Shown here: one piece after another, positions 23,939 through 37,709 of the stretch
Layout: the number at the start of each line of letters is the position of its first letter
How positions within the stretch are numbered: position 1 is the first letter of the stretch
Source of the DNA: Catajapyx aquilonaris
Taxonomy: Eukaryota
Direction: 5' to 3'
Assembly: GCA_000934665.2 (NCBI GenBank)
Contig: JYFJ02003445.1
Span: forward strand, 1-41,742
DNA: 41,742 nt
The notes under the pieces: model-generated
Databases searched by the model: none
The model's input: only the letters and a program-made list of their open reading frames with translations
What the model was told of the DNA's origin: nothing
Program-made: the position numbers and the translations under genes

Positions 23939-26900
23939 TCAAGCCCTGTTCCTCTTTTCATGTGCCTTCTTGACCAGGGCCAGCTTGGAATGAGGGTCGG
24001 TCACTGGTAGTTGGCTGTATGGAGCTTCCCGGGTGCCGTGGAGCATCAGCGTCCACTCTTTCAGGAAACCCGATTGTTCCGAACTCCCTTTGAACCGGAC
24101 CTGCGAAACATTATGGAACCTTCTGTAGTTCCAATCAACTGAGACTAGATAAAGCGTGGGATGCATGGGAAGCTTCGGCCTTTGTTCGTCAGTCTAACCG
24201 CAACAGCTTAATCCTACAAGTCCTCTAACTTAGCCGCCTGTGATGTAGACCACGAAGCCTTTAATTGACAGACGCCAGCTTTATTTAAAGTAGACTTTGT
24301 ACCATACAAAAGCGACGCATCCGGGTTAGCGCTAGTTCAGGATGAAGGAAAATTCCCAGCGGAAAATATATTTTGATATTCTCATGTGAGCATAAAGTTA
24401 TTTTCAGCTTTTTGATCTCAGGCCCACCTGACAGTCATGCCTACGCTGTCGTGGAACTTTTTCCCATCACTACAATTGAGTTACGCTGAATGACGTGTTC
24501 TGGAGCACTTCTAATGCCATTAATTTTAAAATTATATTTAACGCTTTCACAAAACTCGCTAGACGTCACATTAATTTCGCGTCATGTATTTTATGAATCC
24601 CTGAGTGAATTTGTGTCTGCTGATGCCGTTACTTCTCAACCCGAAACAAACAAAGCGAAGGCGAATAACACCCACATGTAATTAACAATGCTAACCTCAA
24701 GATTCCACTTGCCCCGTGGATTTTCTCCCCATGTGTGTGTTGTCATGAATGGCCACTTGTTGAAGCCATCATGATGATCATCGTCGTTGGGCCTCCTACT
24801 CAAGATCATGGACCTGGAGAGAAAGATACATTTGTGTGAGACAAAATGACCTACAAAAATGACAGAAAGTCTTTTGAACCAAAGGCACTGACCTGGTGGC
24901 CATGGGAGAAGTGAGGTAGAGCTCGGCATCCCCTCGTCGGGTCGAATTGAGAGTAATCACCACTTGCACATGTTCCAAGTAGATGACTTCTGTGTCCATC
25001 CCTTTGCATGCTTCTGTGTCAATCTGCAGTGTCAAACTTCCTTCGCTCGGTATCTCACTACGATACGAAAACAATCATAAACACTGCCCAATGTCACCCT
25101 GCCAATATCACTTACTGTAGGTCAGTGATGGATCCAGCCTCGCAGTGGTACCGGGCCGGAACAGTCTTCCACTCCTTGGCCAAAGCCACCATAGCCCCTG
25201 CGTCCAATACCCCGAAGCCGAAGAGGTGGTTGAACTCGAGGCCCACTCCATTCATAGTCCAATGGAATCGACCTTTTGCGTCGAAGAGCGAGTTCCTCTT
25301 CGAGGTCAACACGGTCAAGTGCTGCACATCGCGCCAGCTCAGCTTCGGGCTGGAGACAATTTGAAATGGTGATGTGGAGGAGTCGAAGGAAGTTGGTACA
25401 ATAAGGAAATGGAAGAATAACTCACTTGGCTTCAAGAGCAAGGGCGAACACTCCAGCAGCTTCCGGAGCAGCAGCCGACGTTCCGGAGTGGGTTTTGGTA
25501 CACTTTCCGTAAAGATCCGTCGTGGCCTGCGAACAATCGATATGACGTATTCATTTTTTTTTTAAATTGCAGAAAATTTTGTGTGTGAACAAAATTACAG
25601 CGCCCATATTACATATTAAAATCCATCATGTCTATGTACTTTTTTTAAAAGTCTGGCCTCGAGCGCATAACCACCATGCATTATTCAGAAGCCTAGGTCC
25701 TGACATTTGGAGAGGAGTGTTCATCGTGATATGAATGAAACATACGACTCCGGTGTTGGGATCCTTGGCGCCATTGCTAAAGGTGGAGGCTAGAGTGGAT
25801 GAGCAGCTCTCGTCGTAGTGGGCATTCTGTCCATCGTTGATGGCTGAGTTGATGGAAACTGTCCACATACTGGCTGCATACCCGTCGCAATTACAGTCAT
25901 CGTCCTCGCCCCCGTCTCCACTTGCCCATACGTAGATGTTGCCCAAACCACGGCGACCCTGTCATTTTTTGTTAGAAATATGTAACGGGTACTGTAACGC
26001 TCCTGGACGAGCAACGTGTAATTAATAACATCTTGAGCACACAGTGGGAAGTTGATCGTGGACAGGCTAGTATAATTCTCTTCAAGTGCATTATGCTCAC
26101 GGGCTCATTAGTCACCGTCTTGTAATTTTAGGGCCGCAGCACATTTAGTAATTTATGTTGTAATAACACTAATGTATAGTCCTTCATCATTATGCCTGTC
26201 ATGGCCCGCAGCAGGTGCACTTGCATTATAAAGGCTTACCTGCGCAGTACAGTGACCAAGTAAACCGTACAGAGTAAGGGTTATAACCGATTATGTGAAT
26301 GTGCGGCCTACCTCGTTGACCCCTCGTACAATAGCTCTCATCGTGGCATTCCTAGGTCCGTCCACTGTTTTACCGTCATCTGTTGGACCCCAGGAGGCGC
26401 TGTAGATGTCGATAAGGTCAGGTTCGTGTCCCATGGAATTGGCCTCGATTAGGTCAGTCATGTACGGCTGGTCGAGCATTCGGATACCTATCGAATCACA
26501 CCACACGTGTATTATCTCTATAAAAGTAACTAATTGCGATCAGCCGATTACAGCCAAAAAGGACTATATTTTTAATGGTTTTTAAAGTGCTGAAACTTTC
26601 TGACCTGCAACTTTGGAGTCGTAGGCCACTCCGACACCACAGATGCCGTTGTCTCTAGCGGCTGAAACTTCTCCAGCACATCTGGTCCCATGGCTGAGAA
26701 GAAACATTACGTAAGTTGTCTCCTTGTTATATCAGTCCCTTCACAACAGTTTGCTCTTTCCCTTCAGTCTGACGAAGCCAGTGATGTTATTACTCACCTG
26801 TTGAACCAGTCGTCTGTGTATCGAGGGTAAGGGTAAGGGTCGTTGCTGCTGAAGTCGTAGCTGGCTTTTGCATTCTGGAAGGATATTTTTTTCTCTCATT

Positions 26901-29900
26901 GAACAATATATGATGGACAAGAATTGAATATTTTCAAACACATTTGCAGGAAATTAAGCCCCATCATTAAAATGTTCCGTGCTGAAATACTTGTTGAGTT
27001 TATTTTGATTCTAGCCATGCGTAGGTTGGGACAGATCGATTTGGTTCGGATGTACGCCATTTTTTTAAACCCGAAACAATGGACCTTGCAGTGTAATGAA
27101 CACGGCTCATTATTACGCAAATTAGAACCTAAATGTTTCAGTTCAATTGGAAATTGTAATTTCACTGTACACTATTACCGGCCCACCTAATCAATGCTTT
27201 GAATAATTAACGCCGGTGTGAAAAAAACCCTTGACAAGAGCTAGCGAACATATTAGCATTATTAGCATTTAGAATGCCCGCCATTTGCGCCGAGAGGCTG
27301 ACGGATGATGGGCTGCTGTGCCGGAGGAAGATCCATAATAATCGGCTAATAATATTTGGGTTTCATGGGTGCCTGCCTCTTGTAAGTCAACATTCCTACC
27401 GTTTCATGGAATCCTCGACGCCCTTTATTCACAAGTCTTTACTCTTATCCAAACAAACCGCAATGAGATATGGCTTCATTTGAATACGTCTCTGTGTTGT
27501 ATTATCCTGGGAAAGCAACGGAGACAAAGGAAAGGTTCACCCATTCAAATTGGCTCCTCTTATATAGGGCTCGACAAGTAGTTCCTTGACAGCAAACAAG
27601 ATTACGTGTCGGAGAGAAGAGGCATGCAACGGATGAAAGGAGTAGTCAAACTCACGTAATTGAACTTGAGGTCGGGGTGCATGTAGTCCACACCTACACG
27701 GAAAGAGAATAGGGATTAAGCCAATTACCAGAGCGCTCAATATTCGCGCAATATTGCAGGCTTTTATGTTTTGAGTGGTGGTAGTTCTAGTCTATAGCAA
27801 TTGCCGATATTCGCACCAAGAGAAAAGTTTCGTACAGAAAATTGTAGATATAACTTACCATCGTCCATGATGGCGGTTGTGACGTTTCTTCCGGTGATTC
27901 CCTGAGCCCAGGCAGCCTCCACGTTCAGGTCCAGCTTCGGCTTCCCGCCATTTTGTCCAGTGTTTTTCTGCGAGAAAATTTATCCGTGACATGGATTTTC
28001 CGGAGGGAAGGGTGAGGAAGAAGAGTCACACTGACCAGATACCATTGGTAGGTGAAGTATGGGTCTGTTGGATCCTTTTCTGGGGGTAGTCTGACTAGAT
28101 TCTCCACTCGGAGGGGCTTGTAGCCTCTCTTCACTCGCTTGAAACCCCGAAGCTGTTCCGCTTTCTTCACCTGTAAATATCAGGTAGTGTCCAAGTCGTA
28201 TTTACTCAATACACGGAATGTATTACTTTTCTCTTTGAAACCCGATTTATTAGCATAACTTTAATTTGGGAACACAACTATTTCATTATATCCTAAATAA
28301 TAGCCAAAGTGGCCCACATATAATCTTATCATCCCTTGCCGGCAGAGTATGGACTGAGGCGGTACCGCGGTAATATGTCTTTGGAGTCAACAACATTGAA
28401 GTTTAGTCAACAACCTCCGCGTATTAAGATATCTCTCCGGGGTGTTGTTTGTAGAAGAGGTCCTTAACCTGTACAGATAAAACTAGCGCGAGTAACTTGA
28501 TGTTTCTCTCATTGCACAGGAAATAAGAGAAGTACGTCCTGTAGAGTTTAAATCATTTGGGTTGAATGTGTACGTCCGCGAAAAGGTCAAGCTCACTTGC
28601 TACTGGACTTTAATTATGCAAAAGCAACTTTGCATAGTTATGCCCCAAATGAGATTTTCATAGCCGACTTGCATACCGAATGTATATTATGAACTGATGG
28701 CTTTACTCGAACTTTTTTAATTTGGTTGTCAAAATAACTTTTAAAGGAAAAAAAAAAAACTTTTTCAGATGGATACCGCGTTCACATCCGACAAAATGGA
28801 ATTTGTTCACTCCCTCTCTTAGCCATCCAATTTCACGGAAGCTCATATAAACACTCGATCCGTTGGCAGTGTTTTATTGGTTACAGTTCTGCAATATTAC
28901 TCTCTTTCACTTATCAAATATGACATAAAATCGCAAAAATTGTGCACCAGTGTGATTCATATACAGTTGCTCAGAACTTTACTTCATATCATATTCTTGT
29001 CATAATTGCCTATCATGTGCTCCTATCGTATGAAACCCTCCCAGGCACATATACAGCTAGAAGTAGCTGAAAGTTGACACTGAAGGACAGGAAAGGTCAA
29101 TCACATAATCTTGATTAACCTTTAGTGTCAGATAATTGAACTGAATGTAACTCACCAAAGGATCTGCCTTGAGCCTGCGGGTATGTGGGGCACTTCTCTT
29201 GGTCCGACCGACATGAGGCAGAGCATGTTGAACGAAGTGGAATTCCGTATCCGATCTCAGCACCTGTGTAACAGTAGAAAATGCAAAAAGGGCATTATTA
29301 TACTGTAAAAGGGAACAAAGTGTTTGTTGCAAGCTTCCCGAGCATGCTCCAAAGTTGCAGCTTACAATGAGAAAAGGCAAAGCCATTTAATCCTAAGGCT
29401 GCCAAAGTCAGTGAGTTTCGCTTTATATTTTAGCCGGAATTTCCAGCCCGTCAGGTTGTTGTAACATGTTTAATGAAACAGGGCCGCATTTATAATTTTT
29501 GTTTTGCTTTACAGCCGTACAGTGTGCTTCTCTTGAATGGTTTCTGTAGTGGTTTGGCAATTTTGTGAGCACGGAGCTGCATATTATTGTTACGTAATTT
29601 ACAACTTTACCAACTTTGATAAGAAATTATAGGGCATATGGAGGATACAGTATTTCACCTCCAATATGGAGCAACATGACGCGATGTCATCCCCTGCAAG
29701 ACAGCACTCTGCCCCAGATATTTTACACCATCCGTATTTGACGTCAACGTATCAGCCTGTCAGCGTCTAATTTCAGCAGTGTTGGGACACGACACTCTCC
29801 TGATAAATAGATCCTAGAGATATACTGCGAGGCACATGCTGTAACCTTTTTCTCATCATGGGAAAATGTCATCTGCCTGTGCAGTAAAACTCGCCTACAT

Positions 29901-32900
29901 GCAGCAGAATATATAAACTGGGCTCCTTTAATCTCATTGATCACGATCGCAGGCTGCTGCGATCCAATAAGAGCTCTCAGTGCACAAAACAAATCAAAAG
30001 GCCGAAACAACTTCATGTTTGATATTGCATGGCTCAAGCCTCTGGGAACAACTCTGGTTTTCTTCCCATGGAAACCCGAATATCCGCCTACGTCAGCATT
30101 TTGCTCTACCCACATTTCTTTTTTCATGCGTGTAACTACGACGCGTCGTGTGTTCATGCCACCATTTTGACGAGGGCTTTGCATGTATCTACCCAGAAAT
30201 AATCTGCGATACACATCCACTATTATTCTATTTTAAAGTGCTGTAAATGATGGCAGGCCGTGTTCATTTGGACGTTATCATGTTACGGGTTAGCATGATA
30301 ATGGACATATGATCCGGAGATGCGATCTGTAGTCTCCTCCCACCTGGTCAGAATGGACAATATAACCACGATAATCCAGGACAGTGTCCAATATCACGTC
30401 GGACATATCTGCACTCTTTACACGTAGGAGGAGACCCATTTTGTGATGACATGTCACAAACCTGGATGAATGGTTGTCATTAGCGGATCTGGAGGCGTTC
30501 TGCAGAGTGTCTTTTCAGTATACTCGTTACGGCGTATTTGATAGACGCCGACTGTAAATCAACACCACTCACTCAGCTTGATTTCTCATTCATTAGCCAG
30601 ACCGATTTTCCAATTCTCTCCCACAAGAGAAGCTCATTTTTAGAGCGAAATCTGACACTTGATCTATTCAAGTCGTATTACGTTTCATTAAGGCTGTACT
30701 GTATGTAGCAGTGATTTGCGGAATGATTTGCATTATGGTCGAAATTGAATAGTTCTGAACATTTCTGAACAGAAATAAGACATGGTGCAATTATTCATGC
30801 CGTTCACTACGTCCGGATTCTTTCAGAAACATATGTGATCAATCCACAGTGACAGCCGGGAAAGCAACGAACAGTTGTGCGCAGCGTATACCGTCAGAGG
30901 CAATTTCCGGAAAATGAACCATGAACAAAACAAGAATCGCAGTATGGCATACTTGCAGCTCCGAGCTCTGTGCAATGACAGTTTATATGTTGAATGGCAT
31001 GTATGCCGCAGTCAACCCAGACCGCATAAATGAGACGCACTCACCACTTTACCGCCATACACAAACTATGGAGGACACTGTAAACAACCGTCCACATTGC
31101 TGACACTAAAGTGGTTCAGTACTTCAAAGAGAGGCATGCAGTATTTAAGAACTTTTCTGGCTGGTTTCATTTATGTGATGGATCTACTGTAGAATATTTA
31201 GTTTTCACATCTGATGAGACTTATGCAAATATTGAGGTTTTTACTTCCAGACAGGAAGAAGTTTGTGTTATATTAAGGGCGAACTTGTGCTTGCGAGTAA
31301 AGTTTTCACCTGTGCATATTCTGCTCCTCATGGCTAATATTAAGCACACCATTTACTGCGTAATTCAAGCTTCATAAATATTCACTCCTCACGTACAGTT
31401 CGGCATGTACGTACTTGAATTATTTGCACTTACTTCGTTTTTCGCAATTTTGTGACACGCAAGATGGTAGAAGTGTGAACTTGAAGCACAATCTTTGTGT
31501 AATGAATGTTCGATTGCGTATTTGCGAATTATAGTGAAGCACTGTGCACATGGAACTGTGTGCTTTAGATCACATAATAAGCCGATGATTCTATTGTCAG
31601 AAGCCACAATTGAAGTGACGCTTTGAATTTTGTATATATACAGTGAATATTCGCTTTAACAACTGCAAGCGAATTCAAATTCTCGGAAAAAACGCAAACA
31701 ACTAATGATTACCCGTGATTATGCAAGGTTCTCCTATTAATTGCGTGTGTCTACTCAATTAATAACCTAGCACCCGTTTACCGTAGGCTGTCATAACTTG
31801 GATTCGACCATAACGCTCGGTTTCCGCCAGCATAATACTAGCCACAAAAATCCACGCCTGGGGGATTCACGCAAGTACGAAATGCAAATATGACCTTTTG
31901 AGGGGCTTACAAAACAGTTGAACTTTTTGGCTCAAATAAAGTCCAGTCTACCAAGCGATCCATCGCATTTTAGTGGTCGCCTTACAGGATCGAAAATTTG
32001 CAATATTCGACCTGTAAGTTTACTTACTGCCACTTAGACAATCCTGCTAAAGCATTACTGTGCCCACACGCTTATAAACCACATCCTCTCTTCCTTGCCG
32101 CAAAACAGGTCAATTTTGCATGCGTTAATTTCACTTTTAGATGGCACGTGAGCCCTCTAGGGTGGCTATGCGCCGTATAGTCATTTACTATGCATTGGCC
32201 CTCGTAATGATTGAATCGGCCTGGTTCAAACTGTACAGTCAACAAAAACTACTGCTCGTGACTGTACAACCTTTATCTCTGGTCACTCTCTCCCAGAGCA
32301 ATCGCCTGATTTCTGAGCTGCATTTGTTCCAGAGCAGGTTCAGAGTCTATAGTTTTCATAGTGTCGCATTACCCTGCAAGAGCAGTTCCTTCCAATCCCA
32401 TGACCGAGTAGAGCAACGGTATGCTGCGCTGGTAGTCAATAACCGGATATTGGAGGCCTGGGAGTAGCTACTTTTCTCTTTTATATCAGCCCGAGTGGGC
32501 AGAGCTTTTGGAGAAAAGCTGGTGCGTCCATTTCGGAAGACGTAAATTACGTGTTGATGTGTTGCCGGACTCCTGCGAGGGCTGTTGCCCAGGAAGGTTC
32601 TTTCGGGATACGAGCTGGTCCGTCATTTGAGACACGTACCGGTGGGGTTCATACTTGAGATTGGATTACGTCGTGGGCGTGTGCTGGCTAACGGAAATAA
32701 CCGGATTCAAAAACAGATATGTATGCAAACTGCTATGGAGATGGTTCATCCTACTTTAGCAAATTGAGGTGGATTCCGCGACTTTTTTCGTGAGTCAAAA
32801 GTGACCTTTAAGTTAAAGTTGGTTGAACTGTACAAAGACTAATACTTGGTAGGCTACATTATTTTTTGTGTCTTTCACAAGAAAGTTCGTGTCGGAGCTT

Positions 32901-35246
32901 ATTTTAGAGGTTTCTTGATTCTTCTACCATATAGTATCATTAACTTAATGGCTTCGGTGTAATAATAGGATATTGCTAGAAAATCCGGCATCGAATATTG
33001 TGCTGAGGGGGGGGGGGGGGGGGGGAANGGGGGGGGGAATCCATCGACCAAATTGGAAGTAATGATGAAAACAAGTTGCGAAACTCTGCTTGCCGAACAC
33101 CAATTGCTGTACTTAGTACTAAAAATAATCTACATGATGATCAGTACACGTACATTAATTAACTTAAAAGGCGACAAACGTCAAATGCTGCCAGCGATTT
33201 GCGAATAGTGATGTGTCGACTCTCCCATATGGACACTATAATATATCACCCGCTTTTCAGACAAGCCTATAAGACCACTATTGTACACGTCCACAAAAGA
33301 ACGACAAGCTAAAAATACCTCCATAACTATTTAAACCAGCTGTTAGGTTGAAACAGCCGCATTAAATATTACCAGTATTTACTAATGCATCATACTCCCT
33401 ATCTTGTCCGTGCAAATGGCCAACATTTCTCATAAAAAACGTGTATTTAACCTGGTTAATAAAAAGTGCGATTGCGTCAACAGCTGCTCACACACCGTGT
33501 TATGAGCCGCGTCAAAAAAAGCCACCATCGGATAATAAGCCCTATTTGCGGTAGCTATGACCGTGCATGATGATATTAATTGACAAAATGGGCCCATCAG
33601 GGGTGGAAATTATCAGTTGAAAAAATAGCACGAACGAGCTTGACCTCCCATCATGTTTATGGAGGACTAAATATAAAAATTTTACATTTAAAAAAAGCAT
33701 GCTCCATTTTTATCCTTGTGTGTCGTGATGTACAGGGTCTTTCAGATGGTGAGTCTGGCAGATTTGGTCTCAAGAAGCATTATGTTTATTGTACCTTCAG
33801 GAGATGTTTGAGACAACCTTCCACATCTATCTTTAATGCCCTGTATGCCCTTTACGACCCTCCTCGGATCAAGCGAAATAACGTCTTTCGGATAGATTTC
33901 CCACAACCTTCGCTCACCTCTCGACTTTTATGGTTTCTCTCGGATATGAGTGGCTCAGCGTAGGGATGCAGGAGTAAGTGCTTATCTAATTTTCCAATGG
34001 GAATTTGGACCCTCTCGGCTGCCGACAGGAGATAAATTAATGAGGTACCGGCAACGCCTGCTATTTATGGCCGCGATTACAGCCAGGAATGTTAATTAAT
34101 TAGAGTTCAGGTGGTCGCGAGAATCGGTCGCGAATTCTCTGGAAAATTATTGTTCTCGCAATTTATTTACGATTTCGTATACACCATTTGGTTATTTACG
34201 ATACAGTATAGGGTTTTTCCTAAGCTCCGTAGGGTGTCGTGAACACCGAAATATTTTTGGAGAATCAATGAGCCAGTGAAGGTTAGTAATTCACCTTTAC
34301 GTAATCTGGCTACTGGAGACGGCCAGTGACAACCACATTTCGCATCGTACATCCATATTTATGATGAGGATCCAAGTTGCTATTCATATAGTTAGACGAC
34401 CCATCATTTTAAAGATGGTTAAAATCGAAGTTACTCAGTCGAAAAGTGTAGGAGGAAAGTAATCTGGGCAGACCTGTCAAAAGTCAACGAAACGTGAAAC
34501 ATATGGCGGCAGTGTGCAGGCGTACATCATTATTCTCGAGCCTCATTAGGATTGCTGGAGGAAAAGTTGTACGGGACAAAAGAGCATGCCAATTATTTTC
34601 GTAACAAGGCTCATACCATTGAGCCTGCGGGACCCATCAAAAAAAAAAAAAAAAAACGGAGGCAAGACGTGGCATTCCCTGGTAATTGTTAACCCCATGT
34701 TAACAGGTCAGGTTGGAGTGTGCTTGATGTGCGGGGCTTGACATAAGTGGGCCAATATGGTTGAGTTAGGACTTTGTTACATCAATGAGAGTGGGTGATG
34801 TGGGCGTGGGAGGAGGGCAGTAACCACACAGGTGTAGGCGGGTATATCCAGGTAAGAAGGAACGGGAGCAGAAGGTGAAATTGATGGGGGCTGATGATCG
34901 ATTTGGAGGCGCCATTATGCCATCGTGCCACCAGCCTAGTCGCGCCAACCAACATATGGAGCCAGTACACACGCAGCAGCGTTGACCGCCGTACCGACTA
35001 GTACAGTAAGTACAGTGTTTCAATTCGGACAGGGGCATGCGAGAGACTCACCGGTCCCAGGTTGGTGAATCCGTTGCGACGTGCCACCCTGTGTGCTGCC
35101 TCTAGTCCTCCAAGTCCCTTGAGTTGCACGTAGAAGGAGTTGGTGAAGACCTCAGGCTTGGCCCCCTGAACCTCTCCCAGCGCCAGGACCACCACCAGAA
35201 CCACCAGCATTGAGGGCAGATGGAGAGGCGCCGGCGCCTTCAGCAT
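23939..35246 (-). CDS. PCSK2: Prohormone convertase 2 (neuroendocrine convertase 2, amontillado ortholog), ~639 aa
   Basis: Exons (minus) 35246-35052, 29263-29156, 28170-28036, 27967-27859, 27693-27656, 26874-26798, 26693-26605, 26487-26312, 25958-25746, 25526-25426, 25349-25116, 25057-24893, 24813-24696, 24100-23939; 1920 nt in frame. Signal peptide; prodomain sites RTKR and KRVKR; catalytic D (IMDDG), H (HGTRCAGE) and S (HSGTSAAAP); PC2-specific oxyanion Asp (ASGDGG); P-domain RRGD. Start uncertain: in-frame ATGs at 35321, 35246 and 35210. Confidence 0.96.
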
Positions 35247-35499
35247 CAACTGCCTTTGTTGGTGGTGGTGGTTGTTGTGATTGTGCCTCCTCCACCTCGC
35301 GGTCACTTCCTCTCCTGACATGCCAGTCGCGTGTGAAAAAAGGAGGGGTGGAAGGGTGTTGGAAGGGGTCAAAAGGTCAGGTGGGTGCAGGGGCGATGGG
35401 GCGATGGAGGGAGTGTTGGCCCTTGGTTTCGGGCAAGTGGAGGTCCCTCCTGGTCCCACTCAGCTACTGTCGGCCATCGTCGCGGACTGAAGAGTGTGC

Positions 35500-35810
35500 C
35501 AAGGTGGGGGAGAGGGGAGAAGGGGGAGAAGGGGGTGGGGGAGAGAAGTTGCCGGGCGTATATGTGGAGGAGGAGGATGGGAGGAGGGGAAGGGGAATGT
35601 GTGTATGGGTGTCGTGGGTCGTCGCAGCAGCTGGTGTGGCTAGGACGGCCGCCTCTTCTGCTGCTCCATCCTCTCTCCTCTCTCTATTCTCTCCACTTCC
35701 TTCGACCTCTTCTGCGTCACAACACACGTCACAACATTGATTTCCCACAGCACATGCGCCATCCTCACCTCCCCCCTCCCCTCTCGACAACCACCCTCCC
35801 TCCCCCTCCA
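35500..35810. promoter_or_regulatory. Purine/pyrimidine-skewed, G-run-rich 5' UTR/promoter region of PC2
   Basis: Five G4-6 runs at 35505-35541 on + and C-runs at 35768-35808, immediately upstream of PC2 exon 1. Confidence 0.4.
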
Positions 35811-37118
35811 TCCACATTGCCGGTTATCCACATCATCATGCGACCTTTTCCAAATTCATATTTAATAGTCGAGTTGCGACACACTGGGAACGTATGCTCG
35901 GGCTAATCCCACACCTGATAGGGCCATATGTGATTTTCAACAATGTTGACCCAGTATGATAATCCAAAGTGGGGCTTAAGGACCTCCTTGCTCCTTGTTA
36001 TGTAACACGCCTTGCCAGCGAGGTACACTCTGTACCAACATATGCATGTCAAACCCAATAACCAGAGCCGCTTCTGAAGATTTCATTTCGCAGCATGTGT
36101 CTATAGAAGACCCGCAGAGTTCCTAGCAACTCCTAAACATTAATTAATATCTGCTGACCCAATCCGGCACCAGCACAATGAAATCCTGATGCCTATTGTG
36201 CAGAGAAGCACTTGAAATGAGATATCCGCATCGGCGTAGGCCAGCTTCGCCCTGGAGGGTAGATTGATTTGTCAACCAGCTTCGGCTGTTGACATTAAAC
36301 AAGAGCCACCCGCCTGCCTGTATAACCCCCGAGGTACGGCTTCAAATTGCCAGTCCTCGACCTTGTCCTTCCAATGCCACTCACCATTTCCCCCCTCGAA
36401 TGGCAAAAGAAGTCTATAACCCACTCTTGATAATTAAACGCCTCGGGTCCAATATAGAACGGGACAAGTACACCCAATGTATAAAGAGCTGTCGCCATGA
36501 AGCCATTAAAGTCGTTTATTGCGACAGGAAGAGGTGCATCAAGTTTCAAATTCATTTCCTAACGGACACTCTGAGCAAAGGGATGAAAGCAATGGGAAGT
36601 GTCGGATTAATTTATGCAAAGACATTCTTGGCGTGACTGCGAATATTGACGTTTTCCCGCGGATTTCAAGTCATGCGAGACCGCGCAATATTGCTGCAAG
36701 CATTACATTCCTGGAGCATGAATAAAACATTCCACTTGCAGGGGGGTGATAGTGTCTACATAGTGACAGTTACGGGCCACGAGTCGTGTTAGCTTGTTGT
36801 GGTCGATATGCTTGTGGCCGTGAAGGATTTCGGCCAGCAGGACGGGGGGGGGGGCGGCGGCGGCGGCTGACCGACCTGATTTTGCCCCTGGGAGTCAGGC
36901 TGCGTGGTGGGCAATTGAGGCACTTGGGTTGTCTATAGGGTAGGATGAAGTGACCTTGATGTTGCTCGATGGTTGGCAGCGGTGTCTGTTGTGGGACAGA
37001 CACATGCTCAGATCATTTATGTGATCATATCACATAATTATATATTTTCATATGGTTATGGAAATACACATGGAGATGGTAATTTTTAAAGGATGCATCT
37101 CAGTTGTCCTGTATTTCT

Positions 37119-37337
37119 CAGGGGTTCCCAACCTGGGAGTCGTGGCTCCCCAAGGGGGCCATGGAGCAGGTCCAGGGGGGCCGCTGTGAGAGGAATTGTA
37201 CCATATTTGGTAAATATATTTCTTGTATTCTTTGGCTGCTTCATTAAAGATTTATGTATGTTACTTTTGCAAGGGGGCCGTGGAGAAGTTTTAGGTGATT
37301 TGGGGGGTTGGGGGTGCAAAAAGGTTGGGAACCTCTG
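37119..37337. mobile_element. Non-autonomous hAT (Charlie-like) MITE
   Basis: TIRs CAGGGGTTCCCAACCT ... AGGTTGGGAACCTCTG with internal GGGGGCC subrepeats and the typical AAAAAGGTTGGGAAC end. The 8-bp flanks (GTATTTCT vs CATTAGCT) no longer match. Confidence 0.8.
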
Positions 37338-37709
37338 CATTAGCTCTTGACTCGTCATTTACCATTAACAGCATTTCATACACATGCTTTCATAAATATG
37401 TTGATTTTTAGGTAGCACATTTTAAAAACTAACGCTGGTTATTATTAACAAAATGCATTACAGTTCTTGTATTACTTGCCCATGTTTTATTTAGAGTGGA
37501 ATTAAAATGTAAGATTTGAGAGGCACTATTCGGGTGGGGGGGGGGGGGAAACCTCCAATGGAATAGCTCAGCAGTGAATGACAATACAGTCCATCAAAAT
37601 AAAGAAGCTTACTCTTCAATAACTCCTTGGTGGATTACTTGGCTCTTTTATTACTGCAAATTATCACAAAAACATATTCCCACATGACAAGCACAATTGA
37701 TAATAATGA

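Noticed and set aside
30332..30436. Short inverted repeat GTCTCCTCC/GGAGGAGAC about 100 bp apart
   Set aside because: Only ~9-13 bp of pairing and no TSD; too weak to call an element.
33007..33037. Long poly-G tract as a G-quadruplex candidate
   Set aside because: Contains an N at 33028 with GGGGGAA on both sides, indicating a scaffold join; true length unknown.
29264..35051. Nested gene in the 5.8-kb first intron of PC2 (ORFs at 29744-30220, 32141-32467, 33580-33963)
   Set aside because: No recognisable domains and no consistent chain of spliced exons could be built; an antisense lncRNA cannot be excluded without RNA data.
35210..35906. Several 117-176-aa ORFs around PC2 exon 1
   Set aside because: Low-complexity G/C-skewed sequence lacking stops; only the minus frame leading into PC2 has homology.
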